DNA of 64,000 nucleotides, from the NCBI RefSeq assembly GCF_009914755.1, contig NC_060929.1; one strand, given 5' to 3'. A program made the position numbers and the translations under genes. Positions 1-10,602 of the stretch are shown piece after piece (position 1 is the first letter of the stretch; every line of letters starts with the position of its first letter). This stretch comes from the human T2T-CHM13v2.0 reference genome, Homo sapiens. Below the pieces are notes generated by a model. That model searched no databases and was not told the DNA's origin. It was given only the letters and a program-made list of their open reading frames with translations.

Positions 1-26
1 AGTGGATATTCAGACCTCTTTGAGGC

Positions 27-43
27 CTTCGTTGGAAACGGGT
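27..43 (+). promoter_or_regulatory. CENP-B box (first of roughly 188, one per ~340 bp); T-ending form CTTCGTTGGAAACGGGT
   Basis: Matches the core nTTCGnnnnAnnCGGGn. It recurs every dimer (367, 706, 1046...). A, B and E dimers carry the T-ending form. The count is estimated as 64000/340. Confidence 0.95.
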
Positions 44-195
44 TTTTTTCATATAAGGCTAGACAGAAGAATTCCCAGTAACTTCCTTGTGTTGTGTGTG
101 TTCAACTCACAGAGTTGAACTTTCATTTACACAGAGCAGATTTGAAACACTCTTTTTGTGGAATTTGCAAGTGGAGATTTCAAGCGCTTTGAGGC

Positions 196-212
196 CAAAG
201 GCAGAAAAGGAA
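196..212 (+). promoter_or_regulatory. pJalpha-type (A-box) position of the non-CENP-B monomer (representative)
   Basis: caaaggcagaaaaggaa (or caatggtagaaaaggaa in D/E) lies ~170 bp from each CENP-B box. It resembles the pJalpha motif CTAYGGTGRAAAAGGAA with mismatches. Confidence 0.65.
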
Positions 213-2446
213 ATATCTTCGTATAAAAACTAGACAGAATCATTCTCAGAAACTGCTCTGTGATGTGTGCGTTCAACTCTCAGAGTTTAACTTTTCTTTT
301 CATTCAGCAGTTTGGAAACACTCTGTTTGTAAAGTCTGCACGTGGATAATTTGACCACTTAGAGGCCTTCGTTGGAAACGGGTTTTTTTCATGTAAGGCT
401 AGACAGAAGAGTTCTCAGTAACTTCCTTGTGTTGTGTGTATTCAACTCACACAGTTGAACGATCCTTTACACAGAGCAGACTTGTAACACTCTTTTTGTG
501 GAATTTGCAAGTGGAGATTTCAGCCGCTTTGAAGTCAAAGTAGAAAAGGAAATATCTTCCTATAAAAACTAGACAGAATGATTCTCAGAAACTCCTTTGT
601 GATGTGTGCGTTCAACTCACAGAGTTTAACCTTTCTTTTCATAGAGCAGTTAGGAAACACTCTGTTTGTAAAGTCTGCAAGTGGATATTCAGACCTCTTT
701 GAGGCCTTCGTTGGAAACGGGTTTTTTTCATATAAGGCTAGACAGAAGAATTCCCAGTAACTTCCTTGTGTTGTGTGTGTTCAACTCACAGAGTTGAACT
801 TTCATTTACACAGAGCAGATTTGAAACACTCTTTTTGTGGAATTTGCAAGTGGAGATTTCAAGCGCTTTGAGGCCAAAGGCAGAAAAGGAAATATCTTCG
901 TATAAAAACTAGACAGAATCATTCTCAGAAACTGCTCTGTGATGTGTGCGTTCAACTCTCAGAGTTTAACTTTTCTTTTCATTCAGCAGTTTGGAAACAC
1001 TCTGTTTGTAAAGTCTGCACGTGGATAATTTGACCACTTAGAGGCCTTCGTTGGAAACGGGTTTTTTTCATGTAAGGCTAGACAGAAGAGTTCTCAGTAA
1101 CTTCCTTGTGTTGTGTGTATTCAACTCACACAGTTGAACGATCCTTTACAGAGAGCAGACTTGTAACACTCTTTTTGTGGAATTTGCAAGTGGAGATTTC
1201 AGCCGCTTTGAAGTCAAAGTAGAAAAGGAAATATCTTCCTATAAAAACTAGACAGAATGATTCTCAGAAACTCCTTTGTGATGTGTGCGTTCAACTCACA
1301 GAGTTTAACCTTTCTTTTCATAGAGCAGTTAGGAAACACTCTGTTTGTAAAGTCTGCAAGTGGATATTCAGACCTCTTTGAGGCCTTCGTTGGAAACGGG
1401 ATTTTTTCATATAAGGCTAGACAGAAGAATTCCCAGTAACTTCCTTGTGTTGTGTGTGTTCAACTCACAGAGTTGAACTTTCATTTACACAGAGCAGATT
1501 TGAAACACTCTTTTTGTGGAATTTGCAAGTGGAGATTTCAAGCGCTGTGAGGCCAAAGGCAGAAAAGGAAATATCTTCGTATAAAAACTAGACAGAATCA
1601 TTCTCAGAAACTGCTCTGCGATGTGTGCGTTCAACTCTCAGAGTTTAACTTTTCTTTTCATTCAGCAGTTTGGAAACACTCTGTTTGTAAAGTCTGCACG
1701 TGGATAATTTGACCACTTAGAGGCCTTCGTTGGAAACGGGTTTTTTTCATGTAAGGCTAGACAGAAGAATTCTCAGTAACTTCCTTGTGTTGTGTGTATT
1801 CAACTCACAGAGTTGAACGATCCTTTACACAGAGCAGACTTGTAACACTCTTTTTGTGGAATTTGCAAGTGGAGATTTCAGCCGCTTTGAAGTCAAAGGT
1901 AGAAAAGGAAATATCTTCCTATAAAAACTAGACAGAATGATTCTCAGAAACTCCTTTGTGATGTGTGCGTTCAACTCACAGAGTTTAACCTTTCTTTTCA
2001 TAGAGCAGTTAGGAAACACTCTGCTTGTAAAGTCTGCAAGTGGATATTCAGCCCTCTTTGAGGCCTTCGTTGGAAACGGGTTTTTTTCATATAAGGCTAG
2101 ACAGAAGAATTCCCAGTAACTTCCTTGTGTTGTGTGTGTTCAACTCACAGAGTTGAACTTTGATTTACACAGAGCAGATTTGAAACACTCTTTTTGTGGA
2201 ATTTGCAAGTGGAGATTTCAAGCGCTTTGAGGCCAAAGGCAGAAAAGGAAATATCTTCGTATAAAAACTAGACAGAATCATTCTCAGAAACTGCTCTGCG
2301 ATGTGTGCGTTCAACTCTCAGAGTTTAACTTTTCTTTTCATTCAGCAGTTTGGAAACACTCTGTTTGTAAAGTCTGCACGTGGATATTTTGACCACTTAG
2401 AGGCCTTCGTTGGAAACGGGTTTTTTTCCTGTAAGGCTAGACAGAA

Positions 2447-5400
2447 GAATTCCCAGTAACTTCCTTGTGTTGTGTACATTCAACTCACAGAGTTGAACGT
2501 TCCCTTAGACAGAGCAGATTTGAAACACTCTTTTTGTGCAATTGGCAAGTGGAGATTTCAAGCGCTTTAAGGTCAATGGCAGAAAAGGAAATATCTTCGT
2601 TTCAAAACTAGACAGAATCATTCCCACAAACTGCGTTGTGATGTGTTCGTTCATCTCACAGAGTTTAACCTTTCTTTTCATAGAGCAGTTAAGAAACACT
2701 CTGTTTGTAAATTCTGTAAGTGGATATTCTGACATCTTGTGGCCTTCGTTGGAAACGGGATTTCTTCATATTCTGCTAGACAGAAGAATTCTCAGAATCT
2801 TCCTTGTGTTGTGTGTATTCAACTCACACAGTTGAACGATGGTTTACACAGAGCAGATTTGAAACACTCTTTTTGTGGAATTTGCAAGTGGAGATTTCAG
2901 CCGCTTTGAGGTCAATGGTAGAAAAGGAAATCTCTTCGTATAAAAACTAGACAGAATGATTCTCAGAAACTTCTTTGTGATGTGTGCGTTCAACTCACAG
3001 AGTTTAACCTTTCTTTTCATAGAGCAGTTAGGAAACACTCTGTTTGTAAACTCTGCAAGTGGATATTCAGACCTTTTTGAGGCCTTCGTTGGAAACGGGA
3101 TTTCTTCATACTGTGCTAGACAGAAGAATTCTCAGTAACTTCCTTGTGTTGTGTGTATTCAACTCACAGAGTTGAACGATCCTTTACACAGAGCAGACTT
3201 GAAACACTCTTTTTGTGGAATTTGCAAGTGGAGATTTCAGCCGCGTTGAGGTCAATGGTAGAAAAGGAAATATCTTCGTATAAAAACTAGACAGAATGAT
3301 TCTCAGAAACTCCTTTGAGATGTGTGTGTTCAACTCACAGAGTTTAACCTTTCTTTTCATAGAGCAGTTAGGAATCACTCTGTTTGTAAAGTCTGCAAGT
3401 GGATATTCAGACCTCTTTGAGGCCTTCGTTGGAAACGGGTTTTTTTCATATAAGGCTAGACAGAAGAATTCCCAGTAACTTCCTTGTGTTGTGTGTGTTC
3501 AACTCACAGAGTTGAACTTTCATTTACACAGAGCAGATTTGAAACACTCTTTTTGTGGAATTTGCAAATGGAGATTTCAAGCGCTTTGAGGCCAAAGGCA
3601 GAAAAGGAAATATCTTCGTATAAAAACTAGACAGAATCATTCTCAGAAACTGCTCTGCGATGTGTGCGTTCAACTCTCAGAGTTTAACTTTTCTTTTCAT
3701 TCAGCAGTTTGGAAACACTCTGTTTGTAAAGTCTGCACGTGGATAATTTGACCACTTAGAGGCCTTCGTTGGAAACGGGTTTTTTTCATGTAAGGCTAGA
3801 CAGAAGAATTCTCAGTAACTTCCTTGTGTTGTGTGTATTCAACTCACAGAGTTGAACGATCCTTTACACAGAGCAGACTTATAACACTCTTTTTGTGGAA
3901 TTTGCAAGTGGAGATTTCAGCCGCTTTGAAGTCAAAAGTAGAAAAGGAAATATCTTCCTATAAAAACTAGACAGAATGATTCTCAGAAACTCCTTTGTGA
4001 TGTGTGCGTTCAACTCACAGAGTTTAACCTTTCTTTTCATAGAGCAGTTAGGAAACACTCTGTTTGTAAAGTCTGCAAGTGGATATTCAGACCTCTTTGA
4101 GGCCTTCGTTGGAAACGGGTTTTTTTCATATAAGGCTAGACAGAAGAATTCCCAGTAACTTCCTTGTGTTGTGTGTGTTCAACTCACAGAGTTGAACTTT
4201 CATTTACACAGAGCAGATTTGAAACACTCTTTTTGTGGAATTTGCAGGTGGAGATTTCAAGCGCTTTGAGGCCAAAGGCAGAAAAGGAAATATCTTCGTA
4301 TAAAAACTAGACAGAATCATTCTCAGAAACTGCTCTGCGATGTGTGCGTTCAACTCTCAGAGTTTAACTTTTCTTTTCATTCAGCAGTTTGGAAACACTC
4401 TGTTTGTAAAGTCTGCACGTGGATAATTTGACCACTTAGAAGCCTTCGTTGGAAACGGGTTTTTTTCATGTAAGGCTAGACAGAAGAATTCTCAGTAACT
4501 TCCTTGTGTTGTGTGTATTCAACTCACAGAGTTGAACGATCCTTTACACAGAGCAGACTTGTAACACTCTTTTTGTGGAATTTGCAAGTGGAGATTTCAG
4601 CCGCTTTGAAGTCAAAGGTAGAAAAGGAAATATCTTCCTATAAAAACTAGACAGAATGATTCTCAGAAACTCCTTTGTGATGTGTGCGTTCAACTCACAG
4701 AGTTTAACCTTTCTTTTCATAGAGCAGTTAGGAAACACTCTGCTTGTAAAGTCTGCAAGTGGATATTCAGCCCTCTTTGAGGCCTTCGTTGGAAACGGGT
4801 TTTTTTCATATAAGGCTAGACAGAAGAATTCCCAGTAACTTCCTTGTGTTGTGTGTGTTCAACTCACAGAGTTGAACTTTGATTTACACAGAGCAGATTT
4901 GAAACACTCTTTTTGTGGAATTTGCAAATGGAGATTTCAAGCGCTTTGAGGCCAAAGGCAGAAAAGGAAATATCTTCGTATAAAAACTAGACAGAATCAT
5001 TCTCAGAAACTGCTCTGCGATGTGTGCGTTCAACTCTCAGAGTTTAACTTTGCTTTTCATTCAGCAGTTTGGAAACACTCTGTTTGTAAAGTCTGCACGT
5101 GGATAATTTGACCACTTAGAGGCCTTCGTTGGAAACGGGTTTTTTTCATGTAAGGCTAGACAGAAGAATTCTCAGTAACTTCCTTGTGTTGTGTGTATTC
5201 AACTCACAGAGTTGAACGATCCTTTACACAGAGCAGACTTGTAACACTCTTTTTGTGGAATTTGCAAGTGGAGATTTCAGTCGCTTTGAAGTCAAAGGTA
5301 GAAAAGGAAATATCTTCCTATAAAAACTACACAGAATGATTCTCAGAAACTCCTTTGTGATGTGTGCGTTCAACTCACAGAGTTTAACCTTTCTTTTCAT

Positions 5401-7883
5401 AGAGGAGTTAGGAAACACTCTGTTTGTAAAGTCTGCAAGTGGATATTCAGACCTCTTTGAGGCCTTCGTTGGAAACGGGTTTTTTTCATATAAGGCTAGA
5501 CAGAAGAATTCCCAGTAACTTCCTTGTGTTGTGTGTGTTCAACTCACAGAGTTGAACTTTCATTTACACAGAGCAGATTTGAAACACTCTTTTTGTGGAA
5601 TTTGCAAGTGGAGATTTCAAGCGCTTTGAGGCCAAAGGCAGAAAAGGAAATATCTTCGTATAAAAACTAGACAGAATCATTCTCAGAAACTGCTCTGTGA
5701 TGTGTGCGTTCAACTCTCAGAGTTTAACTTTTCTTTTCATTCAGCAGTTTGGAAACACTCTGTTTGTAAAGTCTGCACGTGGATAATTTGACCACTTAGA
5801 GGCCTTCGTTGGAAACGGGTTTTTTTCATGTAAGGCTAGACAGAAGAGTTCTCAGTAACTTCCTTGTGTTGTGTGTATTCAACTCACACAGTTGAACGAT
5901 CCTTTACACAGAGCAGACTTGTAACACTCTTTTTGTGGAATTTGCAAGTGGAGATTTCAGCCGCTTTGAAGTCAAAGTAGAAAAGGAAATATCTTCCTAT
6001 AAAAACTAGACAGAATGATTCTCAGAAACTCCTTTGTGATGTGTGCGTTCAACTCACAGAGTTTAACCTTTCTTTTCATAGAGCAGTTAGGAAACACTCT
6101 GTTTGTAAAGTCTGCAAGTGGATATTCAGACCTCTTTGAGGCCTTCGTTGGAAACGGGTTTTTTTCATATAAGGCTAGACAGAAGAATTCCCAGTAACTT
6201 CCTTGTGTTGTGTGTGTTCAACTCACAGAGTTGAACTTTCATTTACACAGAGCAGATTTGAAACACTCTTTTTGTGGAATTTGCAAGTGGAGATTTCAAG
6301 CGCTTTGAGGCCAAAGGCAGAAAAGGAAATATCTTCGTATAAAAACTAGACAGAATCATTCTCAGAAACTGCTCTGTGATGTGTGCGTTCAACTCTCAGA
6401 GTTTAACTTTTCTTTTCATTCAGCAGTTTGGAAACACTCTGTTTGTAAAGTCTGCACGTGGATAATTTGACCACTTAGAGGCCTTCGTTGGAAACGGGTT
6501 TTTTTCATGTAAGGCTAGACAGAAGAGTTCTCAGTAACTTCCTTGTGTTGTGTGTATTCAACTCACACAGTTGAACGATCCTTTACAGAGAGCAGACTTG
6601 TAACACTCTTTTTGTGGAATTTGCAAGTGGAGATTTCAGCCGCTTTGAAGTCAAAGTAGAAAAGGAAATATCTTCCTATAAAAACTAGACAGAATGATTC
6701 TCAGAAACTCCTTTGTGATGTGTGCGTTCAACTCACAGAGTTTAACCTTTCTTTTCATAGAGCAGTTAGGAAACACTCTGTTTGTAAAGTCTGCAAGTGG
6801 ATATTCAGACCTCTTTGAGGCCTTCGTTGGAAACGGGATTTTTTCATATAAGGCTAGACAGAAGAATTCCCAGTAACTTCCTTGTGTTGTGTGTGTTCAA
6901 CTCACAGAGTTGAACTTTCATTTACACAGAGCAGATTTGAAACACTCTTTTTGTGGAATTTGCAAGTGGAGATTTCAAGCGCTGTGAGGCCAAAGGCAGA
7001 AAAGGAAATATCTTCGTATAAAAACTAGACAGAATCATTCTCAGAAACTGCTCTGCGATGTGTGCGTTCAACTCTCAGAGTTTAACTTTTCTTTTCATTC
7101 AGCAGTTTGGAAACACTCTGTTTGTAAAGTCTGCACGTGGATAATTTGACCACTTAGAGGCCTTCGTTGGAAACGGGTTTTTTTCATGTAAGGCTAGACA
7201 GAAGAATTCTCAGTAACTTCCTTGTGTTGTGTGTATTCAACTCACAGAGTTGAACGATCCTTTACACAGAGCAGACTTGTAACACTCTTTTTGTGGAATT
7301 TGCAAGTGGAGATTTCAGCCGCTTTGAAGTCAAAGGTAGAAAAGGAAATATCTTCCTATAAAAACTAGACAGAATGATTCTCAGAAACTCCTTTGTGATG
7401 TGTGCGTTCAACTCACAGAGTTTAACCTTTCTTTTCATAGAGCAGTTAGGAAACACTCTGCTTGTAAAGTCTGCAAGTGGATATTCAGCCCTCTTTGAGG
7501 CCTTCGTTGGAAACGGGTTTTTTTCATATAAGGCTAGACAGAAGAATTCCCAGTAACTTCCTTGTGTTGTGTGTGTTCAACTCACAGAGTTGAACTTTGA
7601 TTTACACAGAGCAGATTTGAAACACTCTTTTTGTGGAATTTGCAAGTGGAGATTTCAAGCGCTTTGAGGCCAAAGGCAGAAAAGGAAATATCTTCGTATA
7701 AAAACTAGACAGAATCATTCTCAGAAACTGCTCTGCGATGTGTGCGTTCAACTCTCAGAGTTTAACTTTTCTTTTCATTCAGCAGTTTGGAAACACTCTG
7801 TTTGTAAAGTCTGCACGTGGATATTTTGACCACTTAGAGGCCTTCGTTGGAAACGGGTTTTTTTCCTGTAAGGCTAGACAGAA
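2447..7883 (+). repeat. HOR variant, 32-mer C-D-E-A-(B-A)6
   Basis: C-dimer to C-dimer spacing is 5437 bp (C-marker ORFs at 2536 and 7973). Confidence 0.9.
2744..2760 (+). promoter_or_regulatory. Canonical CENP-B box CTTCGTTGGAAACGGGA (representative; found in C and D dimers)
   Basis: Exact match to the 17-bp consensus YTTCGTTGGAARCGGGA, followed by tttcttcata. Confidence 0.95.
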
Positions 7884-10602
7884 GAATTCCCAGTAACTTC
7901 CTTGTGTTGTGTACATTCAACTCACAGAGTTGAACGTTCCCTTAGACAGAGCAGATTTGAAACACTCTTTTTGTGCAATTGGCAAGTGGAGATTTCAAGC
8001 GCTTTAAGGTCAATGGCAGAAAAGGAAATATCTTCGTTTCAAAACTAGACAGAATCATTCCCACAAACTGCGTTGTGATGTGTTCGTTCATCTCACAGAG
8101 TTTAACCTTTCTTTTCATAGAGCAGTTAAGAAACACTCTGTTTGTAAATTCTGTAAGTGGATATTCTGACATCTTGTGGCCTTCGTTGGAAACGGGATTT
8201 CTTCATATTCTGCTAGACAGAAGAATTCTCAGAATCTTCCTTGTGTTGTGTGTATTCAACTCACACAGTTGAACGATGGTTTACACAGAGCAGATTTGAA
8301 ACACTCTTTTTGTGGAATTTGCAAGTGGAGATTTCAGCCGCTTTGAGGTCAATGGTAGAAAAGGAAATATCTTCGTATAAAAACTAGACAGAATGATTCT
8401 CAGAAACTTCTTTGTGATGTGTGCGTTCAACTCACAGAGTTTAACCTTTCTTTTCATAGAGCAGTTAGGAAACACTCTGTTTGTAAACTCTGCAAGTGGA
8501 TATTCAGACCTTTTTGAGGCCTTCGTTGGAAACGGGATTTCTTCATACTGTGCTAGACAGAAGAATTCTCAGTAACTTCCTTGTGTTGTGTGTATTCAAC
8601 TCACAGAGTTGAACGATCCTTTACACAGAGCAGACTTGAAACACTCTTTTTGTGGAATTTGCAAGTGGAGATTTCAGCCGCGTTGAGGTCAATGGTAGAA
8701 AAGGAAATATCTTCGTATAAAAACTAGACAGAATGATTCTCAGAAACTCCTTTGAGATGTGTGTGTTCAACTCACAGAGTTTAACCTTTCTTTTCATAGA
8801 GCAGTTAGGAATCACTCTGTTTGTAAAGTCTGCAAGTGGATATTCAGACCTCTTTGAGGCCTTCGTTGGAAACGGGTTTTTTTCATATAAGGCTAGACAG
8901 AAGAATTCCCAGTAACTTCCTTGTGTTGTGTGTGTTCAACTCACAGAGTTGAACTTTCATTTACACAGAGCAGATTTGAAACACTCTTTTTGTGGAATTT
9001 GCAAATGGAGATTTCAAGCGCTTTGAGGCCAAAGGCAGAAAAGGAAATATCTTCGTATAAAAACTAGACAGAATCATTCTCAGAAACTGCTCTGCGATGT
9101 GTGCGTTCAACTCTCAGAGTTTAACTTTTCTTTTCATTCAGCAGTTTGGAAACACTCTGTTTGTAAAGTCTGCACGTGGATAATTTGACCACTTAGAGGC
9201 CTTCGTTGGAAACGGGTTTTTTTCATGTAAGGCTAGACAGAAGAATTCTCAGTAACTTCCTTGTGTTGTGTGTATTCAACTCACAGAGTTGAACGATCCT
9301 TTACACAGAGCAGACTTATAACACTCTTTTTGTGGAATTTGCAAGTGGAGATTTCAGCCGCTTTGAAGTCAAAAGTAGAAAAGGAAATATCTTCCTATAA
9401 AAACTAGACAGAATGATTCTCAGAAACTCCTTTGTGATGTGTGCGTTCAACTCACAGAGTTTAACCTTTCTTTTCATAGAGCAGTTAGGAAACACTCTGT
9501 TTGTAAAGTCTGCAAGTGGATATTCAGACCTCTTTGAGGCCTTCGTTGGAAACGGGTTTTTTTCATATAAGGCTAGACAGAAGAATTCCCAGTAACTTCC
9601 TTGTGTTGTGTGTGTTCAACTCACAGAGTTGAACTTTCATTTACACAGAGCAGATTTGAAACACTCTTTTTGTGGAATTTGCAGGTGGAGATTTCAAGCG
9701 CTTTGAGGCCAAAGGCAGAAAAGGAAATATCTTCGTATAAAAACTAGACAGAATCATTCTCAGAAACTGCTCTGCGATGTGTGCGTTCAACTCTCAGAGT
9801 TTAACTTTTCTTTTCATTCAGCAGTTTGGAAACACTCTGTTTGTAAAGTCTGCACGTGGATAATTTGACCACTTAGAAGCCTTCGTTGGAAACGGGTTTT
9901 TTTCATGTAAGGCTAGACAGAAGAATTCTCAGTAACTTCCTTGTGTTGTGTGTATTCAACTCACAGAGTTGAACGATCCTTTACACAGAGCAGACTTGTA
10001 ACACTCTTTTTGTGGAATTTGCAAGTGGAGATTTCAGCCGCTTTGAAGTCAAAGGTAGAAAAGGAAATATCTTCCTATAAAAACTAGACAGAATGATTCT
10101 CAGAAACTCCTTTGTGATGTGTGCGTTCAACTCACAGAGTTTAACCTTTCTTTTCATAGAGCAGTTAGGAAACACTCTGCTTGTAAAGTCTGCAAGTGGA
10201 TATTCAGCCCTCTTTGAGGCCTTCGTTGGAAACGGGTTTTTTTCATATAAGGCTAGACAGAAGAATTCCCAGTAACTTCCTTGTGTTGTGTGTGTTCAAC
10301 TCACAGAGTTGAACTTTGATTTACACAGAGCAGATTTGAAACACTCTTTTTGTGGAATTTGCAAGTGGAGATTTCAAGCGCTTTGAGGCCAAAGGCAGAA
10401 AAGGAAATATCTTCGTATAAAAACTAGACAGAATCATTCTCAGAAACTGCTCTGCGATGTGTGCGTTCAACTCTCAGAGTTTAACTTTTCTTTTCATTCA
10501 GCAGTTTGGAAACACTCTGTTTGTAAAGTCTGCACGTGGATATTTTGACCACTTAGAGGCCTTCGTTGGAAACGGGTTTTTTTCCTGTAAGGCTAGACAG
10601 AA
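7884..10602 (+). repeat. HOR 16-mer C-D-E-A-(B-A)2
   Basis: Spacing 2719 bp. Confidence 0.9.

Larger units (their letters stand above)
1..2446 (+). repeat. Partial HOR unit: (B-A) tetramer tract
   Basis: Only A and B dimers alternate at a 679-680 bp period (ORF echoes at 578, 1257, 1937). Confidence 0.9.

Noticed and set aside
43-49. T7 run after CENP-B boxes as a Pol III or intrinsic terminator
   Set aside because: There is no upstream hairpin or Pol III A/B-box gene; it is a fixed variant of atttctt in this subfamily.
339-344. E-box CACGTG in every A dimer
   Set aside because: It is a single-base derivative of the consensus caagtg amplified with the repeat; nothing in the sequence supports bHLH-factor function.
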